A DNA stretch of 64,000 nt from Octopus vulgaris (taxonomy: Eukaryota), in NCBI GenBank assembly GCA_951406725.2, contig OX597835.1, positions 10,974,001-11,038,000 of the forward strand, in the 5' to 3' direction. Each line of letters starts with the position of its first letter. Positions within the stretch are counted from its first letter, which is position 1. This document shows positions 27,435 to 42,340 of this stretch, one piece after another. The notes under the pieces are model-generated. The model made no database searches, was not told the origin of the DNA, and worked only from the letters and a program-made list of their open reading frames with translations. The position numbers were made by a program, and so were the translations under genes.

Positions 27435-28340
27435 CACCACCACCACCACCACCACCACCACCACCTTCTCCACCACCACCACCACCACCACCACCACTAC
27501 CACCACCACCATGCTGCTGTCCCATTATAATCCTCACAATGATCAGGACAACTATCTCTATTAGCAACACCCCCTCCTCCTCCTCTTCCTCCTACAAAAC
27601 CAGCAGTAGCACCACCACCACCACCAACACCACCACCACCACCAACACCACCAGGCTCCACCACAAGCGCCCCCACCACCATCAGCTCCACCATTGCTGT
27701 CCTGGCTTGTAATAAATCCACCTCCGCCCCCACCATCACCTCCAGCCTTAGAATCACTGACACTACTACCAAAAAACCTCCTGTAGTCATCGTCATCATC
27801 ATCATCATCATCATCATTGTCACCCCTGATGACAAGGACACCACCACATCCTCCACCACCTCCACCACACCCACTGTTGCTGTCCCCATTAGAGCAACCA
27901 TTGTCACTAATGCCACCCCCAACATGACAAACATCATCACTGCCACCACCACAACTTTCACCAATACTATCACAACTACCACCACCACCACTATTACCAC
28001 CACCACTATCACAACTATCACCACCACCACCATCACCACCACAACCATCACCACCCCTATCATAACCACCACCACCACCACCACCACCACGACCATCACC
28101 ACCACTATCATAACCACCACTATCACCATAACCACCACTACCACGACCACCACTATCCCCATAACCACTACTACCACCACCACCACCACTATCACCACCA
28201 CTGCCACCACCACCACCACCACTATTACCACCAGCATTATGACCTTTACTCAACCTCTTCTGCCATTACTACAGTGACCATCCTCAATTACTGCAACATC
28301 CACCACTACCACCACCACCACCACCACCACCACTTACCAC
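27435..28340. repeat. Degenerate (CCA/CCT/CAT)n low-complexity tract upstream of exon 1
   Basis: Direct reading; source of the spurious Gly-, Val- and Thr-rich ORFs. Confidence 0.85.
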
Positions 28341-28828
28341 TTACCACTACTACAATCCACACCTCAATACAGCCACACCAACACCATGACTCTTCACTCC
28401 CACCCAATCTACAACAATCAGCATCAACTTTGCCTTGTGTTTCTGGTGCTTATGAGATATATAAGTTTATATATACCAGTCATACACTGAGGTGATTAAA
28501 TCAAGTACAAATCCTCCCACACTCACGAAAACAGAAAGGAAAAATGCCAAGTCTTTGAGCCTAAGTTACAAATTTCTATCATGATTATCATAATTCTTAT
28601 TATAAGCAGGATCTCTCCTGGTTCCTTCCGTTTTGTGTTGAAGGGTCACTGAGGCCTGCTCTGCTTTTTGTCCTCTCAGGTGCAATAAAATAACAACCTG
28701 GGTCCCACTGCAATCAACTAGCCTCATCACCTTGGGCCTATAATTCTTCTTCTTCTTCTTCTTCTTCTTCTTCTTCTTCTTCTTCTTCTTCTTCTTCTTC
28801 TTCTTCTTCCATTCCTCCTCCTCCTCCA

Positions 28829-29033
28829 TGAGTTGGCAGAATTGTTAGCATGCAGGGGCAAAATGCTTTGTGGCATTTTCTTCATCCTTACATTCTGAGA
28901 TCAAATTCCACTGAGGTCAACTTTGCCTTACATCCACTCAGCATTAATAATTGGAGTACCAGTGAAACACTGGGGTTCATGTAATCACCTAGTCCCCTTC
29001 CTACAAATTTCAGGCTTTGTGCCTTTACTAGAA

Positions 29034-29083
<50 letters not shown>

Positions 29084-29550
29084 CATTATTAAGGTGGCAA
29101 GCTGGCAGCATTGTTAGCATGCCTGACAAGGTATTTAGCGGTATTTCATCCGTCCTTATGTTCTGAGTTCAAATGCTGTCAGGGTTGACTTTGCCTTTCA
29201 TCCTTTCGAGGTCGATAAAATAGGTATCAGTTGCATACTGGTGTTGATGTACTCAACTATCCCCCTCTCCCCAATTTCAGGTCTTGTGCCTATGTTGGAA
29301 AGGATTATTATTAAAGAAGCAAGCTGGCAAAATTCTTAGCATGCCCAGCAAATTCCTTAAAAGCATTTTGTCTGTCTTTATGTTTTGAGTTCAAATTCTG
29401 ATGCATTTTCCAACTACCAAATTCACTCACAAGACATTGTTTGGCCTGGCGCTATCATAAAACACATTTGCCCAAGGTACCACACTGCAGAACTGATCTT
29501 GAAATTTATGCATGGTTGAGAAGCACACTTCGTAACCACCCAACCATTCC
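28829..29550. mobile_element. Cluster of three SINE family B copies (+) separated by (ATT)n, abutting a family A fragment (-)
   Basis: Repeated agytggcagaa...gagttcaaat heads at ~28830, 29092 and 29318. Confidence 0.8.
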
Positions 29551-30156
29551 TTTCTGAAACATTTTGGTCAGCAAAATGACCATCAGTTCTTCAATTGCCT
29601 TGGTTTTCGTTCTTGTTTTGATCACATCTCTCTGATTCGTTTAGATCATCTTATCAGTAAAATAATCTAAGACAAAGAAATCCTAGATTATCTCAACCAT
29701 GGCATTCTGATATACCAGATTCGGGGATCAATGTCTCTTATCTATTTAATCTTTCTCCACATTGTAACTGACTCCGCTATGATTCATTGCTTATTTTTGG
29801 GCTAGCCGTCTGTCCCTAAGAGACAAATTTCTCCGGAGACAAAGTGTTGGTCTCACTTGGCGACTTTGTTTTATTGTTGGAGAAATTGAACTTAATACTG
29901 AAAGCAAGATATTGCTTTATGCTTTTCACCATCAAAGTTTTGACCTCTTTTATTTTAAATGAAATTTCCCATGGACTGCAGGCATTCGAAATGTTTCCCT
30001 GAACAAGACGCCAGCCGATTGCCTCAAATAATGGATAAACTTGTTTTCTCAATTTTTATCCCTCAATTGAGGTTACTGAATATGTGTGAGTGTGTATGTG
30101 TGCATGCATGTGTGTCTATATCTATAAGTATGTATGTGTATTCATATGTCTGTGTG

Positions 30157-30197
<41 letters not shown>

Positions 30198-30285
30198 TCA
30201 TCATCATCATCATCATCATATATATATATATATATGTATATATCTGTATGTATTTATGTATGCATATATATATATATATATACAC

Positions 30286-30328
<43 letters not shown>

Positions 30329-30333
30329 CATAC

Positions 30334-30382
<49 letters not shown>

Positions 30383-30828
30383 TATACATGTGTGTCATCA
30401 TAATTTAATGTCTGTCTTTTATGCTGGTAGTCGTTTGCAGGTTTGACAGGTGTTGGCAAGCCAGAGGGCGGCACCATGCACCAGTCATCTGTATAGGCAT
30501 GGTTTCCACGGCTGCATGCATTTCCCAAAGCCAACCACTTTACAAAGAGCACTGGCCGCTTTTGATGTGTGCACTCCATAAGTGCTTTTCACGTGGTGAC
30601 AGCACGTGTATGTTATACACATGGCACCACCACAGGTGCTTTTTCACGTGGTGCTAGCACGAGATTCTTATGTGGTGCCAACGCAAATGCTTTTAACGTG
30701 TGTGTATATATATTTATAGAAAAACACATATATATATTAATAGAAATACATATATATATATTTATAGAAATACACATATATATATATTTATAGAAATACA
30801 CACACACACACACACACATACACATACA

Positions 30829-32121
30829 CAGGGTGTGGTGAATAAATTGTTGTCTAAATTATGCAAAAATGAAAATAACTCTGGCATCTCATTTTAAGAG
30901 ATATATTTACCAACATTATTTAAAAATATCTTGAAATACTAAAGAGTAAATTTATTCAATAAAATCGCCATTGGTTTCAACCACGGCCTCCAGATGACTT
31001 CGGAATCTTCTGCAACTCTTCTGGATGGTCTCCTTGTTTTAAATTGGTGAATGCTGCCATAATCCTTACCTTCAGTTCATCTTTGGTGCTACAAGGAGAT
31101 TTGTTGGTTTCTCTCTCGACTGTGCCCAACGCATAACAATCAAAGGGGCTTGCAGTCTGGGGAGTTAGGTGGCCAGATGTTATGGGTGCTGCGGTTGCAG
31201 AAATTGCCTGACAGCCATGACTGGGTTTTCCTGCTTGTGTGGTATGGTGCAAAGTCCTGTTACCAGACACAGGGTCTTCCAGAAGCCACCCTCTTGACCC
31301 AGGGCAGCACTACTTCCTCCATTCACTTGATATAGACCTCCGTGTTGAGTGTGAGGCCATATAAGAAGATGAATGGAAGCATAACGTTGCCATCACTAGT
31401 GATTACTCCAACCACCATGATGTTGACTGGATGTTTGATTTTTATCTCTCTTGGTACATGCTCTGATGACACAGCAAGCCAATGATTGTTCTGTGTGTTC
31501 ACCATCTGATCCTGGCAGAAATTTTTCTCATTTGAGAAAAACCAAAGATGGAGGGGTTGCTTGAGTTTGTTCAAAAGCTTCATAGTGTGGTCTTTTGTCT
31601 TGTCCTTGAAGGCTTCGGATAAAAACTGGCCCTTTCTCATCTTCTATGAGGAATACCAAACGTCTTCATGTGCTGCCTGCTTGATATGAAACTCAGACAT
31701 GTCCCCTGATATGTCCCATGTCATGGACCTGATTAATTTGGAGGAATTGATGTCGATCATGGACTTACTAACAAATTCAGGAGTTCATTTCTTATCAGAA
31801 TAATCAGAGTAAGTATTCTGAGCTACTGTACCTTCGTAATAACCACTAGATTCATCCAACTCTTTCCGAACCCTTGCACTGTCCTCAGATTGACACCCAA
31901 ACACCCTGAAATGTTCATATTGGAGCTTGCAGTGCAAATGCCAAACAGTACAGCATATCGTTTCCAAATTCCTGGGAGAGTGAATTGTGTCATTGTGCTG
32001 TTTTTCTCACAGGCAGTGCCCATCTGACCCTACTCTATTGTGTACTCGACAAAAACAAAACCAATGTGCAAGCACATAATTAAATATATAAAATGGTGAC
32101 AATTTACCCATTGAACCTTTG
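30829..32121 (-). mobile_element. Decayed Tc1/mariner-superfamily transposon, maT (DD37D)-like
   Basis: Terminal CAGGGTG...taaattg / caattta...ctttg+TA. Minus-strand remnants WFFSNEKNFCQDQMVNTQN, KHPVNIMVVGVITSDG and WPPNSPDC. Confidence 0.85.
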
Positions 32122-32924
32122 TATATAATTGATTAACTATGCAGTTTATGCTACAGCTTTTAAAATTGTGAATACAGTTCCTATAATCTTCGGGTTTTAT
32201 TTTTGTTGACTCCCAGATTAGGAACCAGAGCTAGAAGCCAATGATAGACTTGTAAATACAAACATCACCACCACCACCACCTCCACAGCAGTACAACCAC
32301 CATTATCTACTAACACCTCTACTAAAAAAAAATGCTGCCACTATGACTCCCCTCTTCTAAGCAACCACTACCACTAATACTCCTATCACGACTATCACTG
32401 CCACCACAAGTTCTACAACCACCCCTCCAACTACCTCAGTGAAGAGCACCATTCTTGCTTGTTACTCTTGTTATATTCACAGCACCATTGCAGCACATTT
32501 GTGTACCCATGGTTTGTCAGTATATCCCTAGGTCCTACTGGGTGATCTGTCAAATAGGGTCCCTGTCATTCCTCATTTCTGCAACATACATTCTTATGTG
32601 CCATGGCCATGTGGATTGCAGCTGACCAACCTGAGCCATGAACCCAACTGGACCCTCAGCAATATATATATATTTATATATATATATATATGTATGTATT
32701 TATGTATGCATATATATACACATACATACACATATATATATATATGGGTGTGTCATCATAATTTAATGTCTGTCTTCTATGCTGATAGGCATTTGCAGGT
32801 TTGACAGGTGTTGGCAAGCCAGAAGGCAGCACCATGCACCAGTCATCTGTATAGGCATGGTTTCCACGGCTGCATGCATTTCCCAAAGCCAACCACTTTA
32901 CAAAGAGCAATCTAATTCAAAAAA

Positions 32925-33310
32925 TCAAACAACATGGCCAAAGACTCTGTTATTTGTTGGATTGGAGAGTGACAGCTCCTGAATCCGACAGGTAACAGGA
33001 CACATCCCAGTTGCTGAGTCATTGATTGGATATGAAAATCCAACCAATGGTAATCCATGATCCTGTGAATTGTCCCGGTACCAAAGGGGTTTCAGGTGGT
33101 TCCAAAGGGCCCTCGACAGTGTCCAAGTCACACAACTAGAGATCAGGACAGGGAGATCCAGAGACCTGAGGACTGGTGCTTTTGTCCTCCTGCTCAGATA
33201 TTGGTGGCACCAAAGACTTCTGTCCAGTGAGTCCACAACTACCCCACCTCATCTGAGTCTTTTTCAGACTTCAGACTCACAGCTGTTGCCATTATGATGA
33301 ACTGGACTGC
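32925..33310 (-). mobile_element. Degenerate RTE-type LINE fragment
   Basis: SLDRSLWCHQYLSRRTKAPVLRSLDLPVLISSCVTWTLS and RVFGHVV are homologous to the RTE post-RT motifs. Confidence 0.7.
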
Positions 33311-34469
33311 AATATGAACAGTTGGACTCACAGCTCTTGGTGTGACCGTTATTCATCTCTTCATTTCATGGGCAGACTGCAGCCTACAGGACCTTCTGAC
33401 TTTCGATACCAATGAAGAATTACTTTGAATCGTTTCAGCAGTGCAGCCTTATGATGAACCATATCTCATGCAACCCACTTCTCAAAAAAGGGGGCCTGTA
33501 CCTGCCATATCTTTCCTTTCTATCTGTTCCCACTCTTGTGTATATCTATTTGTGTGTCTGTGTATGTCTATGTGTTCTCATAACGACGTCTCATTTATTC
33601 ACATACCAATTATGGTTGTTTGTTTATTGAAAGCGTTGTAAATACCTTTAACATCCGCCAATAAATTGTATTGTCATTTTCTAAAGTATGTATGTATTTA
33701 TGTATGCATATTATACACATACATACACATATATATATATATGGGTAGATGTCATCACCTAATTAAGTTGTTTGCCTTGTAGCAACGTGGGTTCAATCTC
33801 ACAATGGCTTTTCTGTGGATTGCATTGTATATCGTTATTGCAACAATAACCATGCCGACTGCAAAAAAGAATGCCCTGGGATAAATATAAACAATGTCTC
33901 CTTTGTTGAAGACACTTAAACATGAAGAGAAGGAAGATTGGTCGGATGTTCCCATGAACCCAACACAAAACTTCAATCAAGCACAAACATAATAAACTGT
34001 GGTCAGGAAAGAAAACTCCTGTAGAGTTTTAGACGTTGGCTGATCTGTGAATAAAAATCTCTTTTTCAAAATCGGCAAAAAATGAGAATTTTTGTGGATA
34101 AACGTTTTGAAAACTGCAGTTCCTCTTTCTTGGTGATAAATTCAAATTTACGCCAATAATCTTTGGTGCATTCAGTTATGTTAACATCTAAGTGACAATC
34201 TGAAAAAAAAAAAAATGATATTTCATGTGAAGAAAGAGATCTGCTAACACAAACTTTGCAGATATAATCTGTAGGGGAACAGTAAAAATATGCAAGACTT
34301 TTCTGAAGTTGAATAAATAACATTTATAATTGTCATCATCCAAATTCCAGTGATAAAGCTTTCTTTATCTGTTAGGAACCAGCTCCTGCCTTATAGTGAG
34401 AATTCTAATAAATAGAAAATAAGGTAAAGGTTACCTACACAGATATACTTACAAGCGTATGTATACGCA

Positions 34470-34845
34470 TCTAAAACCTTCGGCAGCTTTTCGAATTCCT
34501 TATGTCTGACGCTCATGGACATAAACTTACAAAATCAAAAAACAACACAGCTCCCGTGACTTTTGGAAGTATTTTCTTCATGCTCAGAATTGCTGAAGCA
34601 TGGAATAAACTTTCCAGATCAGTAGTTAGCTGTTGGAACACCGTTTCCTCCAAAACTTCCATGGTTTCTGAAATTTGCTGATAGAATAACTGATGGCCCC
34701 CCCCACTGTCCTTTTATTTTCAGTTTTTTAAATGACTCATTCACTGTCCTTTTATTTCTGTGCACCCTTCTCCGTGCCCTTCGTGCACTCTTGGTTACTT
34801 TTTCTGATGAGTTGTAGTACACCTGACCACTGAATACAATAAGTT
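34470..34845 (+). mobile_element. CR1-type LINE 3' end
   Basis: Frameshifted GH..KIKKQHSSRDFWKYF..LRIAEAWNKLSRSVVSC, the CR1 C-terminal motif. The 3' tail recurs reversed at ~47720-47755. Confidence 0.7.
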
Positions 34846-35029
34846 CATTAATATATAAAGACAGTGAGCTGACTGAATCATTTAGTACACCGGTCAAAAA
34901 TGGTGTTTTGTCTGTCTTTGCGTTCTGATTTCAAATTCTGCCAAGGTCAACTTTGCCTTTCCACCTTTCAGGATCGACAATGCCTTTCATCCTTTCGAGG
35001 TTGATAAATTAAGCACCAATTGCCAAGGC

Positions 35030-35884
35030 GGTGCCATGTGAAGGCAACCATGTAGCATCACGTAAAAGCACCCATGCAGTGTTAGGTAAAAGTATTCAGC
35101 AGACTCTGTAGAGTGGTTGGCATGTTAGGAAGGGCATCCAGCTGTAAAAACCGTACTAAATCAGAGTGGAGTCTGGTGCAGTCCCCCACCCGCTCCCAGC
35201 TTGCTGGCTCTGGTTACACTGTCCAACCCATGCCAACATGGACAATGGATGTTAAATGATGACAGGAGTGGCTGTGTGGTAAGTAGCTTGCTTACCAACC
35301 ACATGGTTCCGGGTTCAGTCCCACTGCGTGGCATCTTGGGCAAGTGTCTTCTGCTATAGCCTCGGGCCGACCAATGCCTTGTCAGTGGATTTGGTAGACG
35401 GAAACTGAAAGAAGCCTGTCGTATATGTGTATATATATATATATATGTACGTTTAAATATTTGTTGTGCAAGATTTTTTATGTGAAGTCGTGTGTTGAAA
35501 CAGATATTGTTGTATTTCGGAATGGTCATATTGCCAGTTTAGCCAATAAAATATCACTGAAGCAAAATAACACCAAATATATAGTGCGTGTGTTTTTATT
35601 GGCTAAACTGGCAATATGACCATTCCGAAATATAACAATATATATATATGTATGTGTGTATATGTTTGTGTGTCTGTGTTTGTCTCCCTAGCATTGCTTG
35701 ACAACCGATGCTGGTGTGTTTACGTCCCCGTCACTTAGCGGTTCGGCAACAGAGACCGATAGAATAAGTACTGGGCTTACAAAGAATAAGTCCTGGGGTC
35801 GATTTGCTCGATTAAAGGCGGTGCTCCAGCATGGCCGCAGTCAAATGACTGAAACAAGTAAAAGAATAAAAGAGTAAAGAGTAT
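35030..35884 (+). mobile_element. Family D tail fused directly to a full SINE family A copy whose internal microsatellite holds an inverted-repeat insert
   Basis: ...gttaaatgatgac|aggagtggctgtgtgg. Insert arms ~35505-35551 / 35594-35641. Confidence 0.85.
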
Positions 35885-36237
35885 TTATCCATACATGCAG
35901 ATATAAAGACAGAATCCATGAATACATGTAGGTGTGGATACATTCATCCATTTATCCATGCATACATCCCTCAATCCATACGTCCCTCAATTCCGTCCAT
36001 TTGGGGATTGCCCCAACTTCACACATGATTTCCATCTTCTTGTGCTTCCTCATTGTCATTGGTATTTCTGACTTTCCATCCTTGACCACTCAGATGATTA
36101 TTCAGTCCCATTGCAGATCTGCATGGTATGAGACATAGGCAACCGGACAAAAGTTGTAACTTTATTGTGCACATCCAACTGGTCAGGCCTGTACAGGTCA
36201 CCTCACTTCCATCACCAAAGAACTTTCAAATTCATAC

Positions 36238-36281
<44 letters not shown>

Positions 36282-36799
36282 CAATATATACACACATATA
36301 TTCATTTATTTGTCCATCCATCCATCTATCCATGCATGCATATACACACATCCACTGAGAACTCACACAAACACACACACACTCACACACACACACACAC
36401 ACACACATAAATATATACACACATATCGCGGGCATCGCTGTGTGGTTAGGGAGCTTGCTTCCTAGCTACATGGTTTCGGGTTCAGTCCCACTGCGTGGCA
36501 CTTTGGGTAGGTGTGTTCCGCTATAACCCCGAGCCGACCGGAGCTTTGTGATTGAATTCGGTAGGTGGAAGTTACTGCCGTGTGTGTATGTGTGCGTATA
36601 GCTGCTCAGTGCCTCTCCGAAAGACAGAGAGAGGGATATATTCATTTATTTGTCCAGCCATCCATTCATGTATGCATATACACACACACACTCACACAAA
36701 CACACACACACACAATACTAAGCCTCTTTACGAGGCACAGATTTCCACACAAAATAATAATAGTAATAACAATGATATTAATAATAATAATAATCACTC

Positions 36800-37180
36800 A
36801 AGCGTCCGTCGGTTACGACGACGAGGGTTCCGGTTGATCCGAATCAACGGAACAGCCTGCTCGTGAAATTAACGTGTAAGTGGCTGAGCACGCCACAGAC
36901 ACGTGTACCCTTAACGTAGTTCTCGGGGCTATTCAGCGTGACACAGAGAGTGACAAGGCCGGCCCCTTGAAATACAGGTACAACAGAAACAGGAAGTAAG
37001 AGTGAAAGAAAGTTGTGGTGAAAGAGTACAGCAGGGATCACCACCATCCCCTGCCGGAGCCTCGTGCTGCTTTAGGTGTTTTCGCTCAATAAACACTCAC
37101 AACGCCCGGTCTGGGAATCGAAACCGCAATCCTATGACTGCGAGTCCGCTGCCCTAACCACTGGGCCATTGCACCTCCAC
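36800..37180 (-). mobile_element. Full-length tRNA-derived SINE family C inserted in (TAA)n
   Basis: Same head as 1-131, ~380-bp body, (TAA)n on both sides. Confidence 0.85.
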
Positions 37181-37522
37181 TAATAATAATAATAATAATG
37201 TTATTTCCAACTTGCATCTCTCATGAAGCACAGCATATGTTAAAGGTATGTCAAAGCCATAAGTGTGTGTATACGACGCCTGCTGTATTAATTACAGAGA
37301 TCTGTGGCTTTATACATGAGTGGTCAGTGTAAAAATATGTCTATTCCAAAGGTTTTTATGCACCATAGTTGAGTAGTTCATGTTAAAAATGGGTTGAAAA
37401 AGCACTCAGTTGTTAACAAAGATAAAGTAAAAAAAATATTTTTTTGCTGTAATTGATTGTAAATATTCAGTTATGTAGAACAGTCTGATGTATAAGCTAT
37501 TCCTGTATATACCACTATGTAG

Positions 37523-37613
<91 letters not shown>

Positions 37614-37659
37614 TATATATTTATATATATATATACATATATATATATGCATGTGTGTA

Positions 37660-37725
<66 letters not shown>

Positions 37726-37773
37726 TATATATATGTATATATATATATATGTGTGTGTGCATCTGTATATGTA

Positions 37774-37820
<47 letters not shown>

Positions 37821-38261
37821 GTATATATTTTTGCCTGTACATATCTGATTGAGTGTACATATGTATATATATATGAGTGTGTGTGTGTGTATGTATATGT
37901 ATGTATGTGAATGTATGTGTGTGTTGGGTGGGGGTACATATATATTTATATATTCACATTTACGTACATATGTGAGTGTGTGTGTCTACATATACATATA
38001 TATATATATATATATATGCAAGTGTGTGCATATGTATATGCATGTGTATATGTGTATGAGTGTATTGGGTGGGACACATATCTATATATTCACATGTACA
38101 TGTATGTGTACGTATGTGTGTGTGTATATTCACATGGTTGTGTGAGTCTATAGAGTTATTTTATAAATAAAGTGTTTTCAAAACTGACCTCGTGTCCATC
38201 ACTATATTTAACACCACCCACATACAGCCACAGACAAATATTCATTATGCATGTGTGTGTG

Positions 38262-38305
<44 letters not shown>

Positions 38306-38413
38306 TGCGTGTTTGTGTCTGCGCTTGTCTTTGATTTCATTTATTCCATTGTACAAAAAACATAAAACTGTATCATATATCTGTCCATCCGGCCATCATT
38401 CTCTCTCTCTCTT

Positions 38414-38491
<78 letters not shown>

Positions 38492-38842
38492 CACACATAC
38501 ACACAAAATATGAGCGTTTATACACAGGTGAACTAAACGTCTAGGTACGCTGGGTAAGTACTGTAGCGGATTACCAGGGTTCCAAGTTCATATCCGTGAC
38601 GGGAGTTATGGAACCTTTGTAAATTTCCACTATAGTGGATAAATGTTTGTTAAAGAGAACTGTTGATCCAAACACATTTTTTTCCCTCTCTCCATTTTCC
38701 TTCTCAATCCTTTCTGTCGAAGAGCATAGGCTGGAAATGTCAAAGACTTTTCCATTCTTCCCAAGTGTTAAACTAATACACCTGGTTGTTGTTCCCTCAC
38801 CTGCTTTTGTCTTTTCTTTTCTGTACATTGGAACTATATAAG

Positions 38843-38873
<31 letters not shown>

Positions 38874-38971
38874 TTATGTATACATATATTTATTTATGTA
38901 TATATATATAATATACGCATTTATGTATACATATATATATTTATTTATGTATGTATATATATATATATATA

Positions 38972-39167
38972 TTTAAAAAAGATGTGGAACACGAGTTGTG
39001 ATATATAAAAAAAGGAAATGAAGAAAATGCTGACAAAATAATTTAAGTAAGGGAGAGTGTATTTAATTAGGTGAAAGTGTATTTAATTAGGTTAAAGAAC
39101 TTTCACCTAATTAAATACACTCTCCCTTACTTAAATTATTTTGTCAGCATTTTCTTCATTTCCTTTT

Positions 39168-39170
<3 letters not shown>
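38972..39170. repeat. Interspersed AT-rich fragment with inverted duplication, embedded in (TA)n
   Basis: Matches 15333-15447; its distal ~70 bp is repeated in inverted orientation at ~39097-39170. Confidence 0.75.
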
Positions 39171-39202
<32 letters not shown>

Positions 39203-39814
39203 ACATTTATGTATTTGTATATATATTTATTTATGTACACACACACATAAAGCATGGGGTTTTAGTTCACAGGTGATCCAAAAGATTAGATATGATAGGT
39301 GAGTGCTGTTATAGATTACTAAGGGTCCAAGGTTGTAGCTGAGATGGTAGTTATGGAGCCATTTTATATATATATACACATATATATACATATATAAGTT
39401 CTTGAAAAATCATAATTATTTATACGGATTTTTGACGAATGATCAATGACCAACCTTTATTCCTTCATCTCACTGTCCTGTTTGTGTTACCAATTTTGAC
39501 CCTCCGCAAAATCCCAAATTTTGTTTAATTTGATTTGTAAGAGCAACTGTTTTATCGAAAGCGTGTATTGTTGTTGAATGCTTGAAATACGAGAGTAGAA
39601 AAACAGCCAACAACTGATGAAGGGTCATTCTTTATGTTGTTTGTCTTGTTTTCCATTTGTATCTTTTGTTGTTTGAAAAATAGATCATATTCCATGTACT
39701 TGTACTTCATATTTTTTTGTTGTACATGTTTCATGATGTCCTAGGCCCACATATCCATAAATATATATGTATTGTTGTATGTAAATATACGTATGTATAT
39801 ATATATATATATCT

Positions 39815-40231
39815 TTTACTCTTACTCTTTTACTTGTTTCAGTCATTTGACTGCGGCCATGCTGGAGCACCGCCTTTAGTCGAGCAAATCAACCCCGGGA
39901 CTTATTCTTTGTAAGCCCAGTACTTATTCTATCGGTCTCTTTTGCCAAACTGCTAAGTGACAGGGACGTAAACACTCCAGCATCGGTTGTCAAGCAATGC
40001 TTGGGGGACAAATACAGACACACAAACCCACCCACACACACACACATATATATATATATACATATATACGACAGGCTTCTTTCAGTTTCCGTCTACCAAA
40101 TCCACTCACAAGGCATTGGTCGGCCCGGGGCTATAGCAGAAGACACTTGCCCAAGATGCCACGCAGTGGGACTGAACCCGGAACCATGTGATTGGTTAGC
40201 AAGCTACTTACCACACAGCCACTCCTGCGCC
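39815..40231 (-). mobile_element. SINE family A, full length
   Basis: Collinear with 3986-4407. Confidence 0.9.
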
Positions 40232-40301
40232 TGTATATATATTATTTATATTTTATATATAACCCATGCTAGCATGGAGAACGGACGTTAAACGACGATG
40301 A

Positions 40302-40354
<53 letters not shown>

Positions 40355-40898
40355 CACATATATATGTGTATATGTATATATATTGCTTAGGCATTCCAAG
40401 ACTAATAACCTGGGGTAGAACTCAAAATACAATGCTTCTGAATGAAGCGTTAGTCAAGTACAGTGCTGTAATAAGAAAAAAAAATGACAAAGGAATAGAA
40501 CAATTCTCTTAAGAACTTCATTGTCTCACTGCTGTTTCTGCTACAAGGTGCAGTGGGCAAGATGCTTTCGAGCATATGAGTAACACTTTATGGCTTTATT
40601 GGAATTTGAAATATGAAGTGCAATTTATTTGGGAAAAGCAATTACATTTTTGTATATAAGAGCATTACCAATGAGAAAACCTGTAGGTGGGAAATGAAAC
40701 CAAGGAGCTGCACCCATAATAACAATCAGATTATTGTTAAAGTGTGTATAAGAATAGGTATAATGAGATATAGAGAAACAGTAATTAGATCTATTGTAAA
40801 ATATATGAGTACATGGGTTGGACAACTTCACATGGAGTTCGGTAGCAGGCTGGCGTCTAGACTCCAACTGTCAGTTGTGGTTTTATATGTATGTATGT

Positions 40899-40937
<39 letters not shown>

Positions 40938-41134
40938 TGCACAAAGTAATAAACTCTCAGAGGCACACATATGTCAGCATAAGTATACATAAACAGACAT
41001 GTATATGTACAAATGTATATATATATATATATATATATATAACATACATAAATATATGTATGTATACAGCGTGCGGATGGTATTTGTTTGCATGATAACA
41101 CTCCCAGAAAAGAATAAAACCTGTCGCGTATATG

Positions 41135-41175
<41 letters not shown>

Positions 41176-41180
41176 GATGA

Positions 41181-41264
<84 letters not shown>

Positions 41265-41475
41265 TCATCATCATCATCATCATCATCGTTTATATATATA
41301 TATATATATACATACATATACGCGACAGAGATGCAGCACGGACTTTGTCAGTGAACAGGTCGCGGATTTTAGCGACGAAAATATTTTGACAAATTAAACT
41401 TAAATGTTGAAGTGAATCGAACGGCTTTTGTGTGTTTCTTAAATGGCTTATAAACACCTTCCACGCTGCAATTGT

Positions 41476-41524
<49 letters not shown>

Positions 41525-42291
41525 TTATGTTTGTCCCTCCAACATCACTTGACAACCGATGCTGGTGTGTTTACGTCCCCATAACTTAGCGATTTAGCAA
41601 AAGAGACCAATAGAATTAGTTCTAGGCTCACAAGGAATAAGTCCTGGGGTTGATTTGCTTGACTAAAGGCGGTGCTCCAGCATGGCCATAGTCAAATGAC
41701 TGAAACAAGCAAGAGTAAAAGTATATATATATACACACACTATTATGTATATATATATATATATACTCACTTATATATATTATTGATATATATATACCCG
41801 TACACTTGTACAATCATGTACACAAGTACACACACACATATTCTTAGAGGTATTGATAGAATAACTGAAGATTATAGATAATGACGGAGAGAGAGAGAGA
41901 GAGAGAGAGAGAGTGAGTGAGAGAAAGAGAGAGTGAGAGAGAGAGAGAACAGAGAGGAAAGACAGTTGTTAGAAGGAGAAAACAAATAAAAGTCTTTAAA
42001 AGTCGTTAAAGACTTTTCTAGATGAAAGTTATAATTGAGAATGACCACTTGTGGAAAGGAATGGCAGGATATTGTGTGTGCCTTTGTCTGTGTGTTGATA
42101 AAAGGGTGAAGAGGAAGAGTCATAAAAGATAGGTTTGGATTGAGAGTATACAGACAAGGTAAGTGTGTATAGAATTCACAATACATACTTAAGACTACTG
42201 GCGTGTGTATATATATAGATAGAGATATACAACCGTAGATAAATATACAGACACATGCACTCATGTATAAGTACACACATAGATATATATC

Positions 42292-42340
<49 letters not shown>

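Noticed and set aside
27497-28277. Gly-rich 230-aa ORF resembling a structural protein
   Set aside because: Degenerate CCA-type triplet tract that is open in several frames on both strands, with no splice or homology evidence.
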